Shown piece after piece: positions 16,669 through 24,240 of a stretch of 42,515 bases of DNA (positions within the stretch are counted from its first letter, which is position 1; every line of letters starts with the position of its first letter). The position numbers and the translations under genes were made by a program. Below the pieces are notes generated by a model, which was given only the letters and a program-made list of their open reading frames with translations, did no database searches and was not told the origin of the DNA. Origin of the DNA: a candidate division FCPU426 bacterium (GTDB taxonomy: Bacteria; Oederibacteriota; PGYV01; Palsa-1178); contig PMTB01000098.1 of NCBI GenBank assembly GCA_003167475.1, positions 1 to 42,515 on the forward strand, in the 5' to 3' direction.

Positions 16669-18312
16669 ATGGAATTCATCAAGGCAATAGAACAGAACTT
16701 CAAGTTCATGACGCTTGAGGTAACAAAACAGCTTGAAGATACAATGAAACTGCTGGAGTCCCCGTCAAAGGCCCTTGCGGATAAAATAAGGTCCAGGGAT
16801 GACTATATAGATAACATGAAAAGTATTATCGAGAACAAGAATTCCTCATATGTCGCGGCATGCCAGAATCTTGACAAAAAGACGCTCAATAATGTCTGGG
16901 CGCTCAACACCATAGCGCATAACCTCGAGCACATAGCCGATCTGGCGGTGAATATCACGGATCAGACACAGTATTTTTCCGACCCGGGGAGCATGAAGCG
17001 GTATGACTATCACTCTTTCTTTAAAAAAATATTTGACGCACTGGCAATCACACCCAGGGCTTTTTTAACCGGCTCGATAAGCCACGCGCTTAAAATATGC
17101 AATGCCGAACACGAGATGGATTTGTTATACGCAATCGAACTGAAAAACGTCATAAACGAACTGAAATTCTCCCGCGACGCGGGCAACCTTATAACGGTTA
17201 TTTTTATATTCCAGTTCGCAGAGCGCATAGGAGACTCGCTTTTGAACATAGGCGAGGCGGTCATATCATCTGTAATGGGCGAAAAAATGAAGATACACCA
17301 GTACCAGGCGCTTGAAGAGACCATAACGGACGAGGATGAAAAGAGCAGGGTATCCGAGTTTTCCCTTGAGTCGGTGGGCGAAACGCGTTCCGGCAGCCTT
17401 ATACGGAAAGTGTATGAACCCGGCAATGAGGCCTCGGCTTCGAAATGGGTGGTATTTAAGGAAGGCAACAAGGTCAAATTGGAGAAGGAAAAGGAAAATG
17501 TGGAGGCTTGGGAGAAAATATTCCCGGGCCTCCCCCCTAAAATATTCGGTTACCAGGCGAACGGAAAGAGCGCGTCGATTATTTTCGAGTACTTGAACGG
17601 CAGCAATATGAAGGACGTGGTTATCAATGAAAAGAACCCTGCCGTCAGGGAGGCCCTCGGCCTGACAGCGGCCACGCTTGACATGGCATGGACCCGGACA
17701 ATGAAAAAACAGCCTGTGCACGCAGGCTACCTTGACCAGCTCGCGTCGCGCATCGGGGATGTTTTCACGGCCCATCCGGATTTCATGATGCACGAGAACA
17801 AGATCGGCGGGCTGGAGCTTCCTTCGTTCGACCAGATGATAAAAAAGGCCGGCGCCATAGAGAAAAAAATGGAAGCGCCGTTCACGGTTTTTATACACGG
17901 CGATTTTAACGTGGACAATATCATTTTCAACAGGGAGGAGAGGCGCATCAACTTCATAGACCTTTACCGCTCTTCCTATAACGATTATGTACAGGATGTG
18001 TCGGTCTTTATAGTTTCAAATTTCAGGATGCCGTTCTTTGAGCCTGCCATACGCAGGCGTTTGAATTCCGTTATACATGATTTCCTTGGTTTTGCCTCTG
18101 ACTTCGCAAAAAGAAACGGAGACGTAACTTTTGAGGCAAGGCTCGCCATGGGGCTCATAAGATCGTTCATCACATCGACCAGATTTGAATTCAACCAGGA
18201 ATTCGCGAAACTGATGTATTTAAGGGCGCTTTACCTGATAGAAAAGGTCATCTCTCACGATGGAAAACCCTGGGAAGATTTCGAGGTTCACAGGGATGTT
18301 TTGATATATTAA
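16669..18312 (+). CDS. PhoU-like domain fused to an APH/choline-kinase-like phosphotransferase domain
   Basis: The N-terminal ~200 aa carry two PhoU repeats (RDDYIDNMK...LEHIADLAVNITDQ and AEHEMDLLYA...AERIGDSLLNIGEAV). These parallel the bona fide PhoU at 29367-30026 (NAIDMVE...LERIGDLAANIG; RDHEVDELY...LERMADHVTNIAEDI). The C-terminal domain has the kinase-like catalytic loop FIHGDFNVDNIIF and the metal-binding motif INFIDL. Confidence 0.8.
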   Translation: MEFIKAIEQNFKFMTLEVTKQLEDTMKLLESPSKALADKIRSRDDYIDNMKSIIENKNSSYVAACQNLDKKTLNNVWALNTIAHNLEHIADLAVNITDQTQYFSDPGSMKRYDYHSFFKKIFDALAITPRAFLTGSISHALKICNAEHEMDLLYAIELKNVINELKFSRDAGNLITVIFIFQFAERIGDSLLNIGEAVISSVMGEKMKIHQYQALEETITDEDEKSRVSEFSLESVGETRSGSLIRKVYEPGNEASASKWVVFKEGNKVKLEKEKENVEAWEKIFPGLPPKIFGYQANGKSASIIFEYLNGSNMKDVVINEKNPAVREALGLTAATLDMAWTRTMKKQPVHAGYLDQLASRIGDVFTAHPDFMMHENKIGGLELPSFDQMIKKAGAIEKKMEAPFTVFIHGDFNVDNIIFNREERRINFIDLYRSSYNDYVQDVSVFIVSNFRMPFFEPAIRRRLNSVIHDFLGFASDFAKRNGDVTFEARLAMGLIRSFITSTRFEFNQEFAKLMYLRALYLIEKVISHDGKPWEDFEVHRDVLIY

Positions 18313-18323
18313 AGGAGAAAAAA

Positions 18324-19211
18324 ATGAAAAACAAAAAGATCGGCGTTGTGGGCATAAAGGACGCGTGGTCGACCGAGATGCTGGCATCCGCCATAGAAAA
18401 ACGCACGGGTTTCTGCAGGATCATCGACGTTGAACAGTTGTCTGTCGACCTGGATTCAGGAAGGGCAATGCACGGCGGCGAGGATATTACGGATTATGAC
18501 GCGCTTATCATTAAAAAGATTGGCAGGGATTACAGCCCTGATATGCTCGACAGGCTTGAAATGCTCAGGTTTTTAAACCGGCGGGGCTTGAAAATATTCT
18601 CGAAACCCGAGAACATCATAAGGGTGCTGGACCGGATGTCGTGTACCGTGTCGCTAAAGCTCGGCGGGATACCGGTTCCGCCGACGGTGATAACGGAAGA
18701 TATAAATGAAGCGCTTGTGGCCGTAAAAAAGTTCAAGAAAGCGGTCTTCAAGCCTTTGTATTCCACCAAGGCAAGGGGAATGGAGATCATTTCCGATACG
18801 CCGCGGGCGCATGATGAAATTGAGAAGTTTAAGGAATCCGGAAATACGGTGATGTACGTGCAGAAAGCGATCGAGATAAAGGATATGGACCTCGGCCTTG
18901 TTTTTGTGGGAGGGGAATACCTTTCGACTTATGCCAGGGTAAAGCAGACTGACTCATGGAATACCACGACGCAAAGCGGCGGAAAATACAATATATTCAA
19001 CCCTTCAAAAGCCGTGATAAAACTCGCGGAAAAAGCACAGGCGATATTCGGCCTTGATTTTACATGCGTGGACGTGGTGGAAACCGATGACGGGCCGTAT
19101 GTCTTTGAGGTTTCCGCGTTCGGGGGTTTCAGGGGCGTTTACGAGTCAAGCGGAATAGAGGCCGCGGAAGTGTATTTAAACCATGTCCTAAAGGAGATCA
19201 AACATGCTTGA
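18324..19211 (+). CDS. RimK-like ATP-grasp ligase (GAK-system type)
   Basis: ATP-grasp layout: GIPVPPTVIT, AVFKPLYSTKARGM and VMYVQKAIE, with C-terminal DFTCVDVVETDDGPYVFEVSAFGGFRG. The stop overlaps the next gene by 8 nt. Confidence 0.85.
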   Translation: MKNKKIGVVGIKDAWSTEMLASAIEKRTGFCRIIDVEQLSVDLDSGRAMHGGEDITDYDALIIKKIGRDYSPDMLDRLEMLRFLNRRGLKIFSKPENIIRVLDRMSCTVSLKLGGIPVPPTVITEDINEALVAVKKFKKAVFKPLYSTKARGMEIISDTPRAHDEIEKFKESGNTVMYVQKAIEIKDMDLGLVFVGGEYLSTYARVKQTDSWNTTTQSGGKYNIFNPSKAVIKLAEKAQAIFGLDFTCVDVVETDDGPYVFEVSAFGGFRGVYESSGIEAAEVYLNHVLKEIKHA

Positions 19212-20322
19212 AAAAGTCAGCACTGTCACGGAAATCGCGGAAGCCCTGTCAACCGGACATGCGCCGGATCAGTCACTGAGGCTTGAGTTCGGGGAATGCA
19301 CCATCGAGGTAAAATCAGACTCAAAAGCCCTGATAGACAGGCTGAAGGAATATTATAAGGAATTTTTGGGGAAAAAATTGCCCGACATACAGGTGCTGGC
19401 TTTTGAGATCGCGGAACCCAAATTTGACTTTATTTTCATGAAAAAACCGCCCGAGCCGGGAAAATCAAAGATCAAAGAGGAGTTTTTTGATTTGCGCGAC
19501 GGAAGGGTGGTAAGAAAAATACTCACGGGGATGTATTTCATTTTCGGCCGCGGCATTAACATCGCGGCCGGCAACTGCCTGCAAAATTACAACCAGGTGG
19601 TCAACTTTATAAACAACAGGTATATAGAGAGGATGATAAAAAGGGAGTGCATGCTCATGCACGCGGCGGGGGTGGTGCTCAAGGGCAAAGGCATCGCGAT
19701 CGCCGGGTTCGCGGGAAGGGGCAAATCAACGCTCGCGCTTACCCTGCTCAACCGCGGGTTGAAATTTCTAAGCAACGACAGGGTGATGGTGAAAAAATAC
19801 GACGGCGGCACCCGCATGTACGGCATACCAAAACTTCCCAGAGTGAACCCGGGCACCATACTCTCCAACCCGGTACTGGGGAAAATACTCACCGAAGAAG
19901 AACGGCATGAATTTGAAAAATACACCCCGGAAAAGCTCTGGGAACTTGAGCATAAGTTTGACGTCGACATAAGCGAGATATACGGCTCCGACAGGTTCTC
20001 TCTTCAGGCGGAGATGAAAGCGCTGGTCATAATCAACTGGGACCGCAACGGGGACGAACCATTCGCCATAACCGAGGTTGACCTGGTCGGACGGCCTGAC
20101 CTTGTGCACGCGTATATGAAACTGCCGGGTTTGTTCTTCGAAATGTCGGAAGATACCAAACCCCCGGATTTTTCCGAAGCCGCCTATATAAACTGCATGA
20201 AAAGCTGCAGGGTTTTTGAGATAACGGGTTCGGTGAATTTTGAGGAAGCGGCCGAACACTGCATAAGCCTGCTTGAGGACGTAAAAACAGCCGGTATTAC
20301 CGGCCTGAACGCAAGTAAATAA
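19204..20322 (+). CDS. HPr-kinase-related P-loop kinase (HprK-related kinase B type)
   Basis: The Walker A segment GIAIAGFAGRGKSTLALTLLNRG followed by LSNDRV matches the HprK/P core GxSGxGKS...DD. It is translationally coupled to the ATP-grasp gene. Confidence 0.8.
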   Translation: MLEKVSTVTEIAEALSTGHAPDQSLRLEFGECTIEVKSDSKALIDRLKEYYKEFLGKKLPDIQVLAFEIAEPKFDFIFMKKPPEPGKSKIKEEFFDLRDGRVVRKILTGMYFIFGRGINIAAGNCLQNYNQVVNFINNRYIERMIKRECMLMHAAGVVLKGKGIAIAGFAGRGKSTLALTLLNRGLKFLSNDRVMVKKYDGGTRMYGIPKLPRVNPGTILSNPVLGKILTEEERHEFEKYTPEKLWELEHKFDVDISEIYGSDRFSLQAEMKALVIINWDRNGDEPFAITEVDLVGRPDLVHAYMKLPGLFFEMSEDTKPPDFSEAAYINCMKSCRVFEITGSVNFEEAAEHCISLLEDVKTAGITGLNASK

Positions 20323-20339
20323 TATGGGGAGGTTTTGAA

Positions 20340-20627
20340 ATGGGAAAAAAGGAGATCAAGCTTAAAGGCAATCTGGAGACCGTGAAAACCGCCGAGTACC
20401 TGATCGACCTGGCGACAAGCCTGAAAGCCGGGGACGTGTACATCCAGAAAGGCGGGGAATTCGTTTCGTTAAAACCGGGCGCAGTTGTGGATTTTGAGAT
20501 CGAAGCGGTGAAGAAAAAACACAAGGAAAAGCTGGTCATCGAGATAAGCTGGCACACCGACGGCAAGGATGAATTCGGAGGTGATGAAATGAAAATTTCC
20601 TCGCCTGATTTAAAAGAGGCGAAATAA
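20340..20627 (+). CDS. Amphi-Trp domain small protein, paralog 2
   Basis: 95 aa, RBS GGGGAGG. Conserved core AEYLIDLATSLKAGDVYIQKGGEFVSLKPGAVVDFEIEAVKKKHKEKLVIEISWH. Confidence 0.75.
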   Translation: MGKKEIKLKGNLETVKTAEYLIDLATSLKAGDVYIQKGGEFVSLKPGAVVDFEIEAVKKKHKEKLVIEISWHTDGKDEFGGDEMKISSPDLKEAK

Positions 20628-20693
20628 GCGTATCCGAAAAAAGACGGTATGAATATCCCGGCTTTTAAGCCGAGGAAAAACAAGGAGGATGAC

Positions 20694-21023
20694 ATGGGAA
20701 AAAAAGAAGTCGAAATGAAGTCGAAGATGGAGATCGAAAAGGCAATCGAGGTAATTGAAAGCCTTCTTGCCGGCCTTAAAAAAGGCAAGGTTTTTGTGCA
20801 GCACGGCGATAAGGTAATAGAGATCACGCCTGAGAAAATGGTAAAACTGGAAGTTGAAGCCGAGCAGAAAAAGGACAAGGAAAAGATATACGTCAAGATG
20901 ACGTGGCATAAAAAGGACCTCACAAAAGAGATCGAAAAAACCATCAAACACAAGGAAAAAGAGGACGAAAAAGTTTTCAAGATAACCCAGACCGCTCCGG
21001 TCATTGAAAACGGCAAGAAATAG
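20694..21023 (+). CDS. Amphi-Trp domain small protein, paralog 3
   Basis: The start is set at the internal ATG 20694, preceded by AGGAGG (20683-20688). This gives MGKKEVEMK, parallel to MGKKEIKLK of paralog 2. The listed ORF start (20649) lacks an RBS. Core ...GLKKGKVFVQHGDKVIEITPEKMVKLEVEAEQKKDKEKIYVKMTWH. Confidence 0.7.
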   Translation: MGKKEVEMKSKMEIEKAIEVIESLLAGLKKGKVFVQHGDKVIEITPEKMVKLEVEAEQKKDKEKIYVKMTWHKKDLTKEIEKTIKHKEKEDEKVFKITQTAPVIENGKK

Positions 21024-21056
21024 GAAAATGGCGTTTTACGGCCGAAAGGATGCAAA

Positions 21057-21413
21057 ATGGGATCGGACAAAAAGACCGTAAATTATGAAGGCCTGATCAG
21101 GACTTCCAAGGCCTGCGAATACCTTGAAGGCGTGCTATCCGGGCTTAAAGCCGGGGCTATTTACATTAAAAAATCCGACGGTTGTACGGTCTTAAAACCG
21201 TCCGGGGGATTGAAACTTAAGGTAACGGCCTCGGAAGGCAGTGAAAAAAAGAAACTGAAGATCGCAATGAAGTGGCGCAGGGATGAGGACAGTTCGGACG
21301 GCGGAGAGCTTTTAATAACGCCGACTGAAATTGTCGAAGCGCTCGGGCTTTTTATGAAGAAAAAATCCGCCGCACGGGCAATCAGCAAAAGGCGGGCCAA
21401 GAATAAACAATAA
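21057..21413 (+). CDS. Amphi-Trp domain small protein, paralog 4 (basic C-terminal tail)
   Basis: Core CEYLEGVLSGLKAGAIYIKKSDGCTVLKPSGGLKLKVTASEGSEKKKLKIAMKWR. It has an extra C-terminal tail, KKKSAARAISKRRAKNKQ. Confidence 0.7.
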   Translation: MGSDKKTVNYEGLIRTSKACEYLEGVLSGLKAGAIYIKKSDGCTVLKPSGGLKLKVTASEGSEKKKLKIAMKWRRDEDSSDGGELLITPTEIVEALGLFMKKKSAARAISKRRAKNKQ

Positions 21414-21522
21414 GGATGCTTTTGCGGATTTGAGGCCGCTGAAAACCGCAGCTTGCCATAAAAACCGTTCACGGTGCGGGGGGGTATGGCAAGTTTGCGG
21501 ATTTTAGCCGTCACAGCCCGAA

Positions 21523-21539
21523 TTAACGGAATCTTAACA
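21523..21539. promoter_or_regulatory. Candidate Pho box TTAACG-N5-TTAACA upstream of phoB
   Basis: The TTAAC copies at 21523 and 21534 are 11 bp apart. The second repeat, TTAACA, is -35-like, and CATAAT lies 18 bp downstream (21558-21563). Autoregulation of phoBR is expected from other systems. Confidence 0.45.
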
Positions 21540-21608
21540 ATTATTATGTGTAAAACTCATAATAATTTATGTATAATTGATTAAAAGGAACAAAGGCGGA
21601 TAAAATAA

Positions 21609-22289
21609 ATGGAAAAACTTATAGCGGTTGTGGATGACGAGGATGATATAAGAGAGCTTGTTTCCATTAACCTGAAAAAAGCCGGGTTTAAGGTAAAGGA
21701 ATTTTCCGACGCGGACGCCATGATAAAGTCCCTCGCAAAGGCGACCCCGGACCTGATAATCCTCGACTTGATGATGCCGGGCACTGACGGCCTGGAAGCC
21801 TGCAAAATACTCAAAAAAGACGCGAGATACAGTTCTATTCCTATTATAATGCTGACAGCCAAGGCTGACGAAGCTGATAAAGTTGTGGGCCTTGAGCTTG
21901 GCGCGGATGATTATGTGACAAAACCGTTCTCTCCCAGGGAACTCACCGCGCGGGTAAAAGCAGTGCTCAGGCGGAAAGCGACTGTTGCGGAAGAAAATGA
22001 ACTTTTGGAAATAGGCAGTATCACCATAGACCTCCAGAAACATGAGGTCCTGGTCAAAGGAAAAAAAACAGAGCTTACCGCCACGGAATTCAGGATATTG
22101 CAGCTGCTTACGGAAAAAAGGGAGCATGTGCTTTCACGCGAGCAGCTTCTGGACAACCTGTGGGGGAATGAAAAAGTGGTTGTCGACAGGACTATAGACG
22201 TGCATATCAAGCACCTTAGGGAAAAATTGGGGCCGGCCGGCAAGATGATAATAAATGTCCGCGGCGTCGGTTATAAGATAGAAAAATGA
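21609..22289 (+). CDS. phoB: Phosphate regulon response regulator PhoB (OmpR family)
   Basis: Receiver domain (VVDDEDDI, LIILDLMMPGTDG, LTAK) plus a winged-helix output domain (LTATEFRILQLL, RTIDVHIKHLREKL, VRGVGYK). It overlaps phoR by 4 nt and lies next to pst. Confidence 0.9.
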   Translation: MEKLIAVVDDEDDIRELVSINLKKAGFKVKEFSDADAMIKSLAKATPDLIILDLMMPGTDGLEACKILKKDARYSSIPIIMLTAKADEADKVVGLELGADDYVTKPFSPRELTARVKAVLRRKATVAEENELLEIGSITIDLQKHEVLVKGKKTELTATEFRILQLLTEKREHVLSREQLLDNLWGNEKVVVDRTIDVHIKHLREKLGPAGKMIINVRGVGYKIEK

Positions 22290-24016
22290 AAAGAACCCTA
22301 TTTTCACGGATACTCTCCGGGTACGCCGCGGTAATAGCGGCATTCTCCATCATATTATTCTTCCTATTTTCAAACACCGTAAGGACCCAGGTCATGAACA
22401 ATTCCGAATCCGCGCTCAGGGGATATACCGTCATATTAAAAAGCGTTGTTGAGCCTTTCATCAAATCGGAAAATTACAGCGGGCTTGAAAAAGCCGTAAT
22501 AGGCCTGAAGCCGGGCACAGACGTGAGGTTCACGGTCATAAATAAATTCGGGAAAGTCCTGGCCGATTCCGATAACAATCCGCAGACAATGGACAACCAT
22601 GTGAACAGGCCCGAAGTCAGGGCCGCCCTTGAAGGCAGGGAGGGAAAAGCGGTGCGTTACAGCAACACAATGAGCGAGGACATGCTGTATGTGGCGGCGC
22701 CTTATAAATCCGAAGGCGGAGCCGTATCCGTGGTAATGAGGGCAAGTATGCCGCTTAGCGACATAAAAATATTCATAAGCGGGTTTAACCGCGACCTGTT
22801 AAAGGCGCTTTTGGCCGCTTTGGCCGCGGCTTTTGCCGCCGCCTACTTTTTTTCGAAATACCTGTATAACCCCGTAAAAGAGCTCGCCGAGGCCTCTAAA
22901 AAGGTGGCTAACAAGCAGTTTGACACAAGGGTATCGCTCCGCGGCCGTGATGAGATGAGGGAACTTGCGGAGAATTTCAACTTTATGACCTCCCAGATAA
23001 AGGAACTTTTTGAAGAGGTCTCCGAGAAACAAAAACAACTGGACTCGATCATAGACTCCGTCGCGGAAGGCCTCATAGTGACCGATGACAAGGGGAAGAT
23101 AATACTCATCAATAAAAGTTTCCGTAAAATCTCGGGCACGGAATGCTCGGCCGGCAATTATTACTGGGAGTGTTTTATGCCGGTCAGGTTCAATCAATTT
23201 GTGGAAAACGGCCTAAAAACAAAAAAATACTTCGTAGAGCAGATCGATATAAATGAAAGGGTGTTCCTGTGCAATGTGAATTTCCTGGAGGAAAAGAAAC
23301 AGGCCGCTTTTGTCCTTTATGATATCACCGAATTCAAGGACCTTGAGAGGATCAAAAAGGATTTTGTCGCGAATGTTTCCCATGAATTAAGGACGCCGCT
23401 CACGGCGATCAAGGGTTTTGCCGAAACGCTGGAACTTGGCACAAAGGACCCGGAATCAAGGCACTACCTGGAGATCATCAAAAAGAACACGGAACGCCTC
23501 ATTAACATAGTTGCGGACCTGCTCACCCTGTCACAGCTTGAACAGATGGAAAAACTGCTGGAAAACGAGAAGGTTGATGTGGCCGCCCTTATAACGAACG
23601 CGGTCAAAATATCGGAACAACTTATAAAAGCAAAGGGCCTTGCGCTAAGCGTTGAGATTGCGCCCGGCTTGCCAATGATAAAGGGCGATGTGTTCAGGCT
23701 GGAACAGGTTTTCATCAACCTTATCGATAACGCGGTCAAATATACTGAAAAAGGCAATATCACCATAAGCGCCTCGATTGAGGAAAAAAACATAAAAGTG
23801 GTCATATCCGACACGGGCATTGGCATCCCCGCCGAGCAGTTGCCCAGGATATTCGAGCGCTTCTATGTAGTCGACAAATCCCGTTCAAGAAAACTCGGGG
23901 GCACGGGACTGGGACTTTCAATTGTAAAGCATATTGTCATGTTGCACCAGGGCAAGATCTCGGTTGAAAGTTCGACAGGCTCCGGCACCACAATCACTGT
24001 ATTACTCCCTGTTTAA
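22286..24016 (+). CDS. phoR: Phosphate regulon sensor histidine kinase PhoR-like
   Basis: Two TM segments, HAMP and PAS regions, the H-box FVANVSHELRTPLTAIKGF, and HATPase N/G boxes (NLIDNAVKYT, DTGIGIP, GGTGLGLSIV). The phoR call rests on its pairing with phoB and its pst context. Confidence 0.85.
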   Translation: MKRTLFSRILSGYAAVIAAFSIILFFLFSNTVRTQVMNNSESALRGYTVILKSVVEPFIKSENYSGLEKAVIGLKPGTDVRFTVINKFGKVLADSDNNPQTMDNHVNRPEVRAALEGREGKAVRYSNTMSEDMLYVAAPYKSEGGAVSVVMRASMPLSDIKIFISGFNRDLLKALLAALAAAFAAAYFFSKYLYNPVKELAEASKKVANKQFDTRVSLRGRDEMRELAENFNFMTSQIKELFEEVSEKQKQLDSIIDSVAEGLIVTDDKGKIILINKSFRKISGTECSAGNYYWECFMPVRFNQFVENGLKTKKYFVEQIDINERVFLCNVNFLEEKKQAAFVLYDITEFKDLERIKKDFVANVSHELRTPLTAIKGFAETLELGTKDPESRHYLEIIKKNTERLINIVADLLTLSQLEQMEKLLENEKVDVAALITNAVKISEQLIKAKGLALSVEIAPGLPMIKGDVFRLEQVFINLIDNAVKYTEKGNITISASIEEKNIKVVISDTGIGIPAEQLPRIFERFYVVDKSRSRKLGGTGLGLSIVKHIVMLHQGKISVESSTGSGTTITVLLPV

Positions 24017-24039
24017 AGCTGTTTCCCGTCACAAAAACC

Positions 24040-24078
24040 TTAATTAAAAATTAACATTCAAATCATTTGAAATTAACC
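24040..24078. promoter_or_regulatory. Candidate Pho boxes upstream of the porin gene
   Basis: TTAAT at 24040, TTAACA at 24051 and TTAACC at 24073 give spacings of 11 and 22 bp. TATACT lies 9 bp downstream, at 24088-24093. Confidence 0.45.
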
Positions 24079-24240
24079 CTCATATTCTATACTTCTGCAT
24101 GTAAAAAATAATTGTTCCTAAAAAGGTAACAGAGCGTTTGGGACGGGCTGGAAATGGAAATGGACAAAGCCCGGCGGCTCTTGAAATATAAACTACAAAT
24201 TTGAACGTTGAAGGCTAAAAAAATCTCAAGGAGGAAGTAA

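Noticed and set aside
20649-20693. Upstream ATG start (MNIPAFKPRKNKEDD) for amphi-Trp paralog 3
   Set aside because: It has no RBS. The internal ATG at 20694 follows AGGAGG and gives an N-terminus (MGKKEVEMK) parallel to paralog 2 (MGKKEIKLK).
20297-21070. 257-aa minus-strand ORF spanning the amphi-Trp genes
   Set aside because: It is antisense to two well-supported, RBS-preceded K/E-rich genes. Its Phe/Ser/Leu-rich low-complexity translation is what the reverse complement of AAA/GAA-rich coding gives. It has no RBS and no motif.
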